Source: a virus
Taxonomy: Duplodnaviria; Caudoviricetes
DNA length: 40,224 nt
IMG/VR virus record: IMGVR_UViG_3300034341_000482
Span: 1-40,224 of that record
Reading direction: 5' to 3' (one strand)
Positions 25,681 through 35,049 of this stretch are shown here, in pieces. The notes below the pieces were generated by a model. It was not told the DNA's origin. It did not search any database and saw nothing but the letters and a program-made list of their open reading frames with translations. The translations under genes were made by a program, and so were the position numbers. Every line of letters begins with the position of its first letter. Position 1 is the first letter of the stretch.

Positions 25681-27996
25681 ATGTTCAATCAAAAATCTGT
25701 TCTTGCCCGTCTTCTTGCTAATGAGAATATCACGGTTCAGCAAGGCAATTATGAGTCCGCATACTTCGATGTCAAGTCACGTACACTCGGAATTCCATTA
25801 TGGAAAGATATGAGTAAAGACGTGCTAGACCTATTGGTCGGTCACGAAGTATCCCACGCTCTATTCACACCAGCAGACTTCAACAAGTATATGTCAGAGG
25901 GCATTCCGCACTCTTGGCTAAACATCGTTGAGGACGTGCGTATTGAGAAGTTGATTCTCCGCAAGTACCCCGGTCTAGTTAGTAACTTCAAGCGTGGCTA
26001 CCACGAACTGATGTATGGTGACTTCGACCTGTTCAACATCAAAGGTCTAGATTTCGAAAAGATGGTCTTCATGGATCGTTTGAATGTTCATGCTAAAGCA
26101 CGTGATATGGTAAACGTACCATTCAACGATGATGAGATTCCCTTTGTCAACCAAGCTAAGGCTTGTGAGACATATGAGGATGTAGTTCAGTGTTGCCGTG
26201 ACATTCAAGCCTTTCTGAAAGAGAAGGGTGAAGAGACTCCTCAAGAATCAGAAGAAATAAAGATCGATCCTGAAAGTCTGCAAGACCTTCTCGACCAACT
26301 ATCTTCTGAAAAAGTAGAAGATGATGACGATGGTGAAAGTTCTAGCGACTCGTCCAGTGAGTCTGAAGAAGGCGAAGAGGGTGAAGAGCCTGGCGAATCT
26401 TCTACTGACTCTGAAGAAGGTGAAGAGGGCGAAGAATCTAGCGACTCATCCACTGAGTCTGGTGATGGTGATGAAGAGACTGATGAGGAATCAGAATCAT
26501 CTAGCGACACTGATGAAGAGGGTGAGACCTCAGAAGATGTTGCTGAGACTCCTCAACTGCCAAGCGGTAACTCTGATCAAGAAGCTTTCACCGATAAAGC
26601 CTATGAAGACAATCAGAAAGACCTAGTTCAAGGTAAAAGCAAAGCTTATGTCGAAGGTATCAAAGCCAGCGATTTGAGTAACATTGTTATTCCCTACAAC
26701 GTGGTTGCTGAGTTGCGTCAAAAGCGTATCGATGTCATCAAAAAGCATGAGAGCCACTACTACTTGGATGAAGAGACTGTCTTCCCTACTGTCGCTTTCA
26801 ATGAATGGATGACCGACACCAAGCGTGTGGTAAATCTCATGGTCAAAGAATTTGAGATGCGTAAGGCAGCCTATCGTTCAGCCCGTGCCCGTACTTCTAC
26901 ACGTGGTACGCTTGATGTAAACAAGCTTCACAAGTACAAGTATGAAGACAACCTCTTCAAGCAGGCACGTCAACTGGCAGATGCCAAGAACCACGGCATG
27001 CTGATGGTAATCGATTACTCTGGTTCTATGCACCGCATGATGCCTTCTGTGATCAAGCAAACTCTTGCTCTGGCAATGTTCTGCAAGCGAGTTGGTATTC
27101 CGTTCGAAGTTTACAACTTCACTACCTTCAGTAGCCGTGACAGTGATCACCCATTCATCGCTAAGATGGTCGAAGCCAAGAAGCAACGTAAGGTTGCGAT
27201 ACGTGATGGTGTGACTACTTTTGATTTTGATGAACTGGCAATGTGTGAATTGATGAACTCATCCATGCGTAAATCAGATTATGAGATGGCTCAGAAAATG
27301 CTGTTCTGGCAAACAACGGGTCGTTACATGGGACCAGGTACTTCAAGTGTTGAAGAACTCGGATCTACTCCTCTGAACTCCGCTCTGATGGCTAGCGTTC
27401 ACCTGCTCAAGAAGTTCCGTGCAAAGTATGCCGTCGAAAAGATGAACCTAGTGACTCTTACTGATGGCGACAGTAACTACCCTCACACCAACTACGGCAA
27501 CGATCTATACGTCCGACGTGATGATGCTGTTGATCGTGGTGAGCGTTTTGAAGTTCCTGATGACTACATGGTCAATGTTGACGGCAAGCTTGTCGAATAC
27601 TCTGGTCGTAGGTACTACGGTGGAAATTCTCGAAAGTTCACCACTGGTATTCTTGATGCAATCAAGGGCATGGGAGTTACCACGATCAACTACTATGTGG
27701 CTGAACGTGCTAAGGACTTCACGTACCAAGTTCGTGGAATGTTTGGCTGGGATGATACAATCTTACGTACGGCTCGTAAAGAGTTACGTGATAAGGGTGT
27801 TTACACCGTGGACAATCAGTTCGGATACGACCGTCGCTTCGTTCTCATGAATGAACAGGTCAGTGCTGAGGTCGAGGAACTGGAAGTCAACAGTTCTATG
27901 ACTGCGGCTCAGGCTGCCCGAGCATTCAAGAAGTCCAGTTCTTCTAAAAAGAAGAGCCGAGTGATTACTCAAAAATTCGCTGAGATTGTCGCCTAA
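25681..27996 (+). CDS. CobT-like protein: N-terminal HExxH domain, acidic linker, C-terminal VWA (MIDAS) domain
   Basis: GHEVSHAL, N.VED.RIE, D/E/S-rich linker, IDYSGSM, STPLN and TLTDG. Confidence 0.85.
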   Translation: MFNQKSVLARLLANENITVQQGNYESAYFDVKSRTLGIPLWKDMSKDVLDLLVGHEVSHALFTPADFNKYMSEGIPHSWLNIVEDVRIEKLILRKYPGLVSNFKRGYHELMYGDFDLFNIKGLDFEKMVFMDRLNVHAKARDMVNVPFNDDEIPFVNQAKACETYEDVVQCCRDIQAFLKEKGEETPQESEEIKIDPESLQDLLDQLSSEKVEDDDDGESSSDSSSESEEGEEGEEPGESSTDSEEGEEGEESSDSSTESGDGDEETDEESESSSDTDEEGETSEDVAETPQLPSGNSDQEAFTDKAYEDNQKDLVQGKSKAYVEGIKASDLSNIVIPYNVVAELRQKRIDVIKKHESHYYLDEETVFPTVAFNEWMTDTKRVVNLMVKEFEMRKAAYRSARARTSTRGTLDVNKLHKYKYEDNLFKQARQLADAKNHGMLMVIDYSGSMHRMMPSVIKQTLALAMFCKRVGIPFEVYNFTTFSSRDSDHPFIAKMVEAKKQRKVAIRDGVTTFDFDELAMCELMNSSMRKSDYEMAQKMLFWQTTGRYMGPGTSSVEELGSTPLNSALMASVHLLKKFRAKYAVEKMNLVTLTDGDSNYPHTNYGNDLYVRRDDAVDRGERFEVPDDYMVNVDGKLVEYSGRRYYGGNSRKFTTGILDAIKGMGVTTINYYVAERAKDFTYQVRGMFGWDDTILRTARKELRDKGVYTVDNQFGYDRRFVLMNEQVSAEVEELEVNSSMTAAQAARAFKKSSSSKKKSRVITQKFAEIVA
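26340..26530 (+). repeat. Low-complexity duplicated acidic linker
   Basis: TCTGAAGAAGGYGAAGAGGGYGAAGAR occurs twice and TCTAGCGAC three times; encodes SEEGEEGEE and SSDSS units. Confidence 0.75.
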
Positions 27997-28025
27997 AATA
28001 AATTGAAAAAAAGTGAAAAAAAAGC

Positions 28026-28053
28026 TTGACAATCTGGTGGATCCTGTTAGGAT
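28026..28053 (+). promoter_or_regulatory. Early promoter with A-tract UP element
   Basis: TTGACA-N16-TAGGAT. Confidence 0.7.
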
Positions 28054-28078
28054 ATAGACTGAATTGAGGAGATACTGT

Positions 28079-28264
28079 ATGAATTATGAAGTCCAAATGA
28101 TCGAAAACATCAAAGAGTTTGAGGGTATGGTACCCTCTGGCTTTGATCTCGTTGAGTTTGAAGAGGGTACTGACCCAGCTGATGGGCTAGTTCTCTACGG
28201 CTTTGATGAAGTTGGCATGTTCGGCTTCAAAAATCCTCGTCACGCTTTTTTGAAATTTATTTGA
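28079..28264 (+). CDS. Small acidic hypothetical protein
   Basis: GAGGAG RBS precedes ATG 28079. Confidence 0.65.
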   Translation: MNYEVQMIENIKEFEGMVPSGFDLVEFEEGTDPADGLVLYGFDEVGMFGFKNPRHAFLKFI

Positions 28265-28272
28265 AAAAGGGG

Positions 28273-28301
28273 TTGACATTGCCTACAGAATGGTGTAGGA
28301 T
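28273..28301 (+). promoter_or_regulatory. Early promoter
   Basis: AAAAAGGGG-TTGACA-N17-TAGGAT. Confidence 0.75.
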
Positions 28302-28334
28302 ACACTAGTAATGACAATTGAGAGAGACTATATT

Positions 28335-29507
28335 ATGAAAATATCTGATACACAAGCAAGTTTGTTGGACCAATTCGTTGCGGCGAATCCAGAGCAATCC
28401 ACGTTCGAACGGGCTGAACTCTTTGAGTTCGCTGAGAACAATGGATATAGTGGCTCTGCCGCTTATACACTGATGAAGAAACTACCTCGTGTAGGTCGTG
28501 GTGTTTACGAAATGGTCGGGTCAGGCAATGTAGTGCCCATGCCCACTGTTCAGCCTGCGGCGATAGCGCCCGCTGTTCAGCAAATAACTGCGCCTCAGGT
28601 GCAGTCTACAGTCAACTCGGAAGTCTTCATTCCATCGAAGATTGCTGAGTTTGTCAAGTGGGGTTACTTTGCGGATGTCAAAAAGATTATTGACTCCAAG
28701 ATGTTCTTCCCCATGTTCATCTCTGGTCTATCTGGTAACGGTAAGACTATGATGGTTGAACAGGCTTGCGCCCTAGCCAAGCGTGAATATGTCCGTGTTC
28801 AAATTACTCCCGAAACTGATGAGGATGATTTGATTGGTGGATTCCGCTTGCTTGATGGCGAGACCGTCTTCTCGAAAGGCCCGGTCATCAAGGCGATGGA
28901 AGCTGGTGCAGTATTACTCATCGATGAGATTGACCGTGGGTCAAACAAGTTGATGGCTCTGCAAGGCGTACTAGAGGGCAAGCCTGTTCTTATCAAGAAA
29001 ACCGGTGAGATGATTCACCCAGCCCCAGGGTTCAACGTTATTGCTACTGCGAATACTAAGGGTCAAGGTGATGAAGCTGGTCGTTTCATTGCGGCTACGA
29101 TCATCGATGAGGCGTTCCTTGAGCGTTTCAATGTCACTCTTGAACAACCCTACGCTTCTGCGGCTGTTGAGAAAAAGATCATTGTCAACCACATGGACAA
29201 GTTTGGCAGTGCCGATGCTGAGTTCGCTGAGAACCTCGTCAAGTGGGGACAAGCGATCCGTAAGACCTTCGAAGATGGTGGGGTCGATGATATTATCTCA
29301 ACCCGCCGTATGTGTCACATCGTTCAAACCTTCTCTATCTTTGGTGATAAGATGAAGTCTATTGAACTCTGTGTCAACCGTTTCGATGCTGATACACGTG
29401 CCGCATTCTTGGATCTCTATGAGAAAATTGATGCTGGTATGGATGAAGCCAACACTTCGGTTGAGGGTGAGTACTCTTACACAGAATCAGATGAACCATC
29501 GTTCTAA
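28335..29507 (+). CDS. cobS: CobS-like / MoxR-family AAA+ ATPase
   Basis: GLSGNGKT (Walker A), ETDEDDLIGG, LLIDEID (Walker B), ATANTKG, AFLERF and STRR. Confidence 0.88.
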   Translation: MKISDTQASLLDQFVAANPEQSTFERAELFEFAENNGYSGSAAYTLMKKLPRVGRGVYEMVGSGNVVPMPTVQPAAIAPAVQQITAPQVQSTVNSEVFIPSKIAEFVKWGYFADVKKIIDSKMFFPMFISGLSGNGKTMMVEQACALAKREYVRVQITPETDEDDLIGGFRLLDGETVFSKGPVIKAMEAGAVLLIDEIDRGSNKLMALQGVLEGKPVLIKKTGEMIHPAPGFNVIATANTKGQGDEAGRFIAATIIDEAFLERFNVTLEQPYASAAVEKKIIVNHMDKFGSADAEFAENLVKWGQAIRKTFEDGGVDDIISTRRMCHIVQTFSIFGDKMKSIELCVNRFDADTRAAFLDLYEKIDAGMDEANTSVEGEYSYTESDEPSF

Positions 29508-29526
29508 GAATGATATATAGTGATAC

Positions 29527-29549
29527 GAGGGAGAACTATCTCCCTCTTT
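29527..29549 (+). terminator. Probable intrinsic terminator
   Basis: GAGGGAGA-ACTA-TCTCCCTC-TTT. Confidence 0.6.
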
Positions 29550-29559
29550 ATACAAAGGA

Positions 29560-29925
29560 ATGAATATGCTAAAGTATGCCCTAGGGCTAGCCGCTATCTC
29601 TTCTATGTATTTTCAAAATGCTTATTACGGTATTGAAATTGTAGCAATGCTTTTAGTTTGTTTCAGTTTAGTATTCTATAAGCTGGTGTTCGATCTTGTC
29701 ACAGGACAATCTGCATCTAATCTAAGCTTTGAAAATACATGGCAAGATATGTGGACGCAACGTCTACTACATATATTAGGAGTGATAGCATTATCAAAAG
29801 CTGGTAACGAATATTTTTATGTATTAGCGTTCATCGCACCATGGATGATAATAAATATTTTTACTGATGGTTTGAACTCATTGGTGCGAATGGAGATATT
29901 AGAATTCAACGACAGAGAGGAGTAA
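29560..29925 (+). CDS. Membrane protein (3-4 TM)
   Basis: Several hydrophobic helices; AAGGA RBS. Confidence 0.7.
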   Translation: MNMLKYALGLAAISSMYFQNAYYGIEIVAMLLVCFSLVFYKLVFDLVTGQSASNLSFENTWQDMWTQRLLHILGVIALSKAGNEYFYVLAFIAPWMIINIFTDGLNSLVRMEILEFNDREE

Positions 29926-29927
29926 AA

Positions 29928-30152
29928 ATGCAACATAGTGTGGAGCAATTGATCGAACGTATAAATGCAATGCACGATAAGGCAATTGAGGTGCACCGCC
30001 TTAGAAATCAGTATAGCAGTCTTAGTGAAAAAACTTACGATAAAAGTACTTGTCAGGAACTAATACGAGACATTCAAGCAATGGCACTTGGTATAGCTAT
30101 GGACAAACAAGGTGATGATATCATCACAGAAATGGATAGCTGGAAGTATTAG
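29928..30152 (+). CDS. Hypothetical protein
   Basis: GAGGAG RBS; 74 aa. Confidence 0.7.
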   Translation: MQHSVEQLIERINAMHDKAIEVHRLRNQYSSLSEKTYDKSTCQELIRDIQAMALGIAMDKQGDDIITEMDSWKY

Positions 30153-30215
30153 CTGAAATAATTAGAATAGGTTTTATGGTCTTTTTCCTAAATAAAAGGC
30201 CCTCTCTCAAACTTT

Positions 30216-30241
30216 AGGGATCCTTCGGGATCCCTTTTTTT
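30216..30241 (+). terminator. Intrinsic terminator with C(UUCG)G tetraloop
   Basis: AGGGATCC-TTCG-GGATCCCT followed by a T run, a T4-style terminator. Confidence 0.92.
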
Positions 30242-30275
30242 ATTAAAAATTTACACTCTGGATAGGCCGCATTTG

Positions 30276-30283
30276 TATAAATA
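30276..30283 (+). promoter_or_regulatory. T4-type late promoter heading the curli/cyclase operon
   Basis: Exact TATAAATA after the terminator and 20 nt before ATG 30304 (GGAGG RBS); no TTGACA upstream. Confidence 0.8.
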
Positions 30284-30303
30284 AGAGTGCATGGGAGGAA
30301 ACT

Positions 30304-30582
30304 ATGGATTTTTTACAACTAGTAGCTGATGTAGGTTTTCCCATTGCGTCTGCAATAGCAGGCGGGTTTTTTGTATTTTTAACTTTGCGATTTATTCTTG
30401 CAGGTGTTCTGGATAATATTACCACACAACGGAGCTTTGTCAAATCGTTAGACAACCGTGTGAAAACCATGAACAATGAATTGGTTCGAATTGATATTTT
30501 GATGTGTAGTGCCTTTGGCATTAGACCCGACTTAGACCGTATAGCAAGAGCAGATGGGCAAACAGACGCAAGGAAAGACTGA
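30304..30582 (+). CDS. Single-TM plus coiled-coil protein (GFPI family, copy A)
   Basis: VGFPI, TM helix, LDNRVKTMNNELVRID; paralog of 30970-31293. Confidence 0.8.
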   Translation: MDFLQLVADVGFPIASAIAGGFFVFLTLRFILAGVLDNITTQRSFVKSLDNRVKTMNNELVRIDILMCSAFGIRPDLDRIARADGQTDARKD

Positions 30583-30583
30583 G

Positions 30584-30799
30584 ATGATTTGGAAGAATTT
30601 ACTGCTTATGAAATTTGATAACGGATTTAGAATTTTGAGTGAGAAAGATACTGAAGATAAATTCTACGTTGTTGATGATATAGAGATAGAAGTGGGTGAC
30701 GTATTTAGGGTTGGTCCTAATGGCTATTTTGAGCGTATTGGTAATACGAATGAAGAGGTAGCCCAAGCTGAAGAGGTATATGAAAATGCTGTGGCTTGA
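30584..30799 (+). CDS. Small beta protein (copy B)
   Basis: AAGGA RBS before ATG 30584; M.W...G.R...GD.F.V...G pattern shared with the next ORF. Confidence 0.7.
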   Translation: MIWKNLLLMKFDNGFRILSEKDTEDKFYVVDDIEIEVGDVFRVGPNGYFERIGNTNEEVAQAEEVYENAVA

Positions 30800-30968
30800 A
30801 TACGTAATCGAACAATCAGGTAGTAACTGGCGAGTCAAAGGTGACTGGCCAGGCGAAATAATGGGTATCCAAGAAGACGGTACTCAAAAAGGTAGTCATT
30901 TGTATAGACCAGGTGACAGGTTTGAGGTTAGCGAAGAAGGCTGGCTGGTGAAGGTAGAACAGGAGTAG
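30780..30968 (+). CDS. Small beta protein (copy B')
   Basis: MLW...WRV...PGDRFEV..EGW; GAGG RBS. Confidence 0.7.
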   Translation: MKMLWLEYVIEQSGSNWRVKGDWPGEIMGIQEDGTQKGSHLYRPGDRFEVSEEGWLVKVEQE

Positions 30969-30969
30969 C

Positions 30970-31293
30970 ATGGACTCTTCGGTTTTAGGGGATGCGATAG
31001 CGCAATATGGATTTCCCATTATTGCGGCCTTCGGTCTTGGATACTTCATTTACTATATATGGATATGGGTGACTAGAGAAGTTGATCCTGTAATCAATGA
31101 ATCTCACATGACATTGATTGCGCTTATAGATAGAATACGTATGATGGATAATGACCTTATCCGATTGAACACTAAACTAAACATGATCTTGCAGGAGCAA
31201 GAACGAATCAAAAATGAAAATGCTTATGAAAAAGAAAACAATAATAACAGTACTGGTAGTATCGACACTGAGTCTACTGACAGTACCAGCTAA
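30970..31293 (+). CDS. Single-TM plus coiled-coil protein (GFPI family, copy A')
   Basis: YGFPI, TM helix, LIDRIRMMDNDLIRLN; AAGGAG RBS. Confidence 0.8.
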   Translation: MDSSVLGDAIAQYGFPIIAAFGLGYFIYYIWIWVTREVDPVINESHMTLIALIDRIRMMDNDLIRLNTKLNMILQEQERIKNENAYEKENNNNSTGSIDTESTDSTS

Positions 31294-31702
31294 CGCCAGT
31301 GAACTAGTATGGGGGTTCAAGAACCCTTCGTTCAGTGGTATCGGCTATTCACAACACGTGTTGAGTACAGAACAACTTCAACACAATCGAAAAGAAGAAC
31401 TACGAAAAGAAGCGGAAGCAGAAGCTAGACGCATAGAAAGAGAGTTAGAAAACTCTACACTCAATAAATTTTTGAGAAACATTGAATCAAGAATTTATGC
31501 CACTCTATCAAAACAAATGGTTGATGCTATGTTCGCTGATTGTGCGGACTCTTGCTCAAACACAGGCACTGCCGAGATAGAAGGTAGCACAATCACATGG
31601 CTAAGAGATGATGTAACTGGATCGATCACTCTTACCATTGTTGATGCTGATGGCAATGTAACTGAAATTACAATCCCTGGACAAGGGGAGTTTGGATTCT
31701 AA
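31214..31702 (+). CDS. csgF: Curli assembly protein CsgF-like
   Basis: Signal peptide (ANA/SE) then SELVWGFKNPSFSG, the CsgF N-terminal signature; F..N.ESRIY..LS..., and G.VT.I.IP at the C-terminus. Confidence 0.88.
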   Translation: MKMLMKKKTIITVLVVSTLSLLTVPANASELVWGFKNPSFSGIGYSQHVLSTEQLQHNRKEELRKEAEAEARRIERELENSTLNKFLRNIESRIYATLSKQMVDAMFADCADSCSNTGTAEIEGSTITWLRDDVTGSITLTIVDADGNVTEITIPGQGEFGF

Positions 31703-31703
31703 G

Positions 31704-32525
31704 ATGAGACAACTAGTTGGTATCTTTGCTATGATTGCATTCCTACAAGGGTGCGCTGTGGTTCCAAGTTTACAGACTTTGAACAATGTGGAGATATCTC
31801 CTATAGTACAAGAAAGTCCAGTGAGTGATCGATTAGCGGCTGTGCCCCCTATTGATGGAGAGAAGTTGACTGTAGCAGTCTACGGCTTTCTAGACAAGAC
31901 GGGACAAAGAAAGCCATCGGACTCAGTGGCAAATCTGTCTAGTGCGGTAACACAGGGCGCTGAAGCCTGGGTGATCAAAGCACTACAAGAAGTCGGCAAC
32001 GGTGAATGGTTTGACGTTGTTGAGCGTGTTGGCATGGACAACCTTATAAAGGAACGCCAGCTGATACGTAATACCCGTGAAGTGTATGAGAAGAACGCTA
32101 AGTCGGGACCTACTCCTTTACAGCCCATGATATTTGCTGGGTTGATACTTGAAGGAGGCATAGTTGGTTATGATAGTAATACTGCCGTAGGTGGTGTTGG
32201 TGCTAGATACTTAGGCATCGGTGCTTCTACTGAGTATAGAATAGACACTGTTACTGTCGTTATGCGACTCGTTAGCGTTTCCACTGGAAAAGTTATGATG
32301 AGCATTGCTACAGAAAAGTCTGTTGCTAGTTATAGGTCTGGATTTGATGTCTTTAGATTCCACGAAATGGGTACTAAATTATTGGAATTAGAAAACGGTT
32401 ATTCCGTCAATGAACCTATCAACTACGCCGTGAGAGCGGCCGTTGAACAAGGTGTTATAGAAATGATAAATGACGGTGTAAAAAAAGGCCTATGGTCATA
32501 TAAAAAAGAAAACGAGGAAGACTGA
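31704..32525 (+). CDS. csgG: Curli secretion channel lipoprotein CsgG-like
   Basis: Lipobox LQGC; VAVY.F.DKTGQRK, S.AVTQG, WF.VVER.G..NL.KERQLIR, EGGIVGYDSN...GG.GARYLGIG...YR.D.VTV. Confidence 0.95.
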   Translation: MRQLVGIFAMIAFLQGCAVVPSLQTLNNVEISPIVQESPVSDRLAAVPPIDGEKLTVAVYGFLDKTGQRKPSDSVANLSSAVTQGAEAWVIKALQEVGNGEWFDVVERVGMDNLIKERQLIRNTREVYEKNAKSGPTPLQPMIFAGLILEGGIVGYDSNTAVGGVGARYLGIGASTEYRIDTVTVVMRLVSVSTGKVMMSIATEKSVASYRSGFDVFRFHEMGTKLLELENGYSVNEPINYAVRAAVEQGVIEMINDGVKKGLWSYKKENEED

Positions 32526-33244
32526 TGCTAAAAAGAGCAACTATTTTATCATATCTTTTTGCTATGTTTATCAGTCCTGCGGTACTTGCTAATGAAATAT
32601 ACATCACGCAAGTCGGTGACACATTGGACCTGGACATCGTTCAAGATGGACAGGACAACAAAATCGGTAATTCAACTACCGGTGTTACCCTTGACGGCGA
32701 TACCATGACTTTCAGTATAACACAAACTGGTAACTTCAACGTAATTGATGCGGTTATCAAGGGTAATACTTATACTGGAACATGGGATTTTTTAGGTGAT
32801 TCGAATACTGTCGATCTAACTTGTGATCAGACATCTGGAGTAAACTGTGAAACTGTTACTTTAGATATTGACACAGATGGAGACAATAATGATTTTGAAT
32901 TCTACATCGGTGAAAATGCTGATGCACAGAATTTGATCGCTGACTTTACCGTAACAGGTGATAACAGTGCATTCGTGAATACTATCGACGGAGAAGATGC
33001 AAACATTACTGTAACTATGAATAACGCTAATAGCTTGGCGGCTACAAGCGCAAATTCAGATGAAGGTAACGTATTGACTCTTGACGTAGACGGAAATGGG
33101 GACGTAAATGGACACACAATTACACTAACAGTAGTTGGTGGTGGTTCTACGTACAACATCACTCAAAGTGGTGTCTATGACAACACTGTCGTAGCATCCT
33201 TTACTGGTGATTCCCACGATGTTGATATCACACAAGTAGACTAA
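32525..33244 (+). CDS. Secreted curlin-like beta-repeat protein 1
   Basis: Signal peptide VLA/NEIYITQVGD; repeated I.Q.G..N / G..N strand-turn units; D/T/N/G-rich. Confidence 0.75.
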   Translation: MLKRATILSYLFAMFISPAVLANEIYITQVGDTLDLDIVQDGQDNKIGNSTTGVTLDGDTMTFSITQTGNFNVIDAVIKGNTYTGTWDFLGDSNTVDLTCDQTSGVNCETVTLDIDTDGDNNDFEFYIGENADAQNLIADFTVTGDNSAFVNTIDGEDANITVTMNNANSLAATSANSDEGNVLTLDVDGNGDVNGHTITLTVVGGGSTYNITQSGVYDNTVVASFTGDSHDVDITQVD

Positions 33245-33248
33245 TGGA

Positions 33249-34388
33249 ATGAGACCTTATGTTGTCGTTTTCCTGGCACTATTTTCTTTGGCATCTAATG
33301 CTGTAGCGAATACTGCTGGTAAAATAACTGAATATAAGGGAAGTGGAGTTCTCGAAAGAGGACGCTCTATTATCGACGGTGCGGTTGATATTGGTGTACA
33401 GCCAATGGATACTGCTGTAACTGAGCGAGGTAAAATGCGTATCGACTTCATTGACGATACACGTGTTGATCTCACTGAACACACCCGATTGATAATAGAC
33501 GAGTTTGTTTATGACCCTGGCGCTGGTAAAGGTCAGCTAGGCTTACGTGCTACACTAGGCACAGTAAGATATGCTAGTGGGCAAATTGCAATGAGAAACA
33601 GAAGAAATGTTTCCGTTAAAACGCCCAGTGCTACTATTGGTGTTAGGGGAACAGACTTTGTTATGGTCGTCAATGAGATTGGCGGGACAATGATCACACT
33701 TCTGCCAAGCTGTAGTTTTGATATCATTTTACAAGAGACCTCTTGTACTACGGGTGAAATATCTGTAGAGACAGACATAGGAATTGTAATAATGAATCAG
33801 GCATTTCAATCAACTATGGTGCAAAGCAGATGGAGTAAGCCAACTCCTCCAATGGTCTTAGACTTAGAAGAGCAAGATATTACCAATCTTCTAATACTAA
33901 GAAAGAAGACGCCATACGATGAGGCTGTGGAAAATTCTCAACAACTCTCTAAAATGACGAACTTTCTGGACATCGACTTTCTGAAGTACGATGGGCTAGA
34001 TTACGATGCATTGGTAGACGATATATCTGGCATATGGATTACTGATCTAAAAGACGCAGATTTTTATTTTGATGAACTGCTAGGGGACATGATAGATCAA
34101 CTAAATATTCAGATAGCAAAGAGTTTATCAAACGAATTAGAAAAACAGAACGTAGAATTCTTTAGGGTTATAGAATATGGATACGATGAGAAATCTAGAG
34201 TAGAACTAGTAGACGAAAATCCTAATTGGAAATTCAGACGTGTAGATTCTTCTACGAGACACATAGTTGAATTATACTTGAGCCAGCAATTTGGCTACGT
34301 TATAAATTTGGAGCAGAACGGTGAAGCAATATACGATTACAGGCTTGGTGTTGGTACTAACTTTATCAACATTCAGCAAATACAGTAG
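33249..34388 (+). CDS. Secreted/periplasmic FecR-domain protein
   Basis: Signal peptide; D...T..G...I.F.DDT.V.L...T.L.ID.FVYDP, and V.TP.ATIGVRGTDF (FecR signature). Confidence 0.88.
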   Translation: MRPYVVVFLALFSLASNAVANTAGKITEYKGSGVLERGRSIIDGAVDIGVQPMDTAVTERGKMRIDFIDDTRVDLTEHTRLIIDEFVYDPGAGKGQLGLRATLGTVRYASGQIAMRNRRNVSVKTPSATIGVRGTDFVMVVNEIGGTMITLLPSCSFDIILQETSCTTGEISVETDIGIVIMNQAFQSTMVQSRWSKPTPPMVLDLEEQDITNLLILRKKTPYDEAVENSQQLSKMTNFLDIDFLKYDGLDYDALVDDISGIWITDLKDADFYFDELLGDMIDQLNIQIAKSLSNELEKQNVEFFRVIEYGYDEKSRVELVDENPNWKFRRVDSSTRHIVELYLSQQFGYVINLEQNGEAIYDYRLGVGTNFINIQQIQ

Positions 34389-35037
34389 CGCAAACGAAAT
34401 TTACATAAATCAAGTGGGAGACAGTCTCACTATGGAAGTTGTTCAAGATGGTGAGGACAACTATTTCCAGTATTGTACAAACGGCAATGATTCAAATTGT
34501 AAAGATGTAGACGGCAACGCACACAACCGTGCAGACGGAGTCGCTAGTGATGATACTACTGTAACAAGTAGTACAGTCGGTAATAACAACCGTGTTGTTG
34601 TGGCACACGCAACTGGACAAAACAATACTAATGAGAATATAACCAACATTGACATTGTAGGCGATGACAATAAGGCACAAGTCTTATTTTCAAACCACAG
34701 TAGTGGAAGTCACAATTATAGCAACCAAGATTGGGGCGGTACTAAAGAAAGTAATATTCAGATTGACGGCGATGATAATAATGTAAGGGTTAGTAGCGAC
34801 AGTTATGGGGAAGTCGAATCAAGCATTAGTGTGACAGGTGATGATAACAGCGTAAATCTATGGCAAAGGTCAATGAATAATCTCGCTAATATAGACGTAA
34901 CTAATGCCGGTGGTCCAGTCAATGCAACTATACATCAACTCGGATCAAGTTATCAAGACACCAATCTGAATTCGATCAGTATTACAAACTATTGCGTAAC
35001 CTCAACTGGCTGTACAGTAAATATAACACAAAACTAG
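34321..35037 (+). CDS. Secreted curlin-like beta-repeat protein 2
   Basis: GTG start with GGAG RBS; signal peptide SSA/NEIYINQVGD; repeats VGNNN, VGDDN, IDGDDN, VTGDDN; ends C....GC.VNITQN. Confidence 0.75.
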   Translation: MKQYTITGLVLVLTLSTFSKYSSANEIYINQVGDSLTMEVVQDGEDNYFQYCTNGNDSNCKDVDGNAHNRADGVASDDTTVTSSTVGNNNRVVVAHATGQNNTNENITNIDIVGDDNKAQVLFSNHSSGSHNYSNQDWGGTKESNIQIDGDDNNVRVSSDSYGEVESSISVTGDDNSVNLWQRSMNNLANIDVTNAGGPVNATIHQLGSSYQDTNLNSISITNYCVTSTGCTVNITQN

Positions 35038-35049
35038 AAAGACGAAATT

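Noticed and set aside
26047-29355. Multiple antisense and alternate-frame ORFs inside the VWA and AAA+ genes, and likewise inside the fibre, csgG and cyclase genes
   Set aside because: Shadow ORFs without RBS or motifs, produced by codon bias and low complexity. TTAA avoidance may also remove some off-frame stops.
25681-29507. Cobalamin biosynthesis role for cobS/cobT-like genes
   Set aside because: No cobN or other cob genes; these are generic MoxR AAA+/VWA partners.
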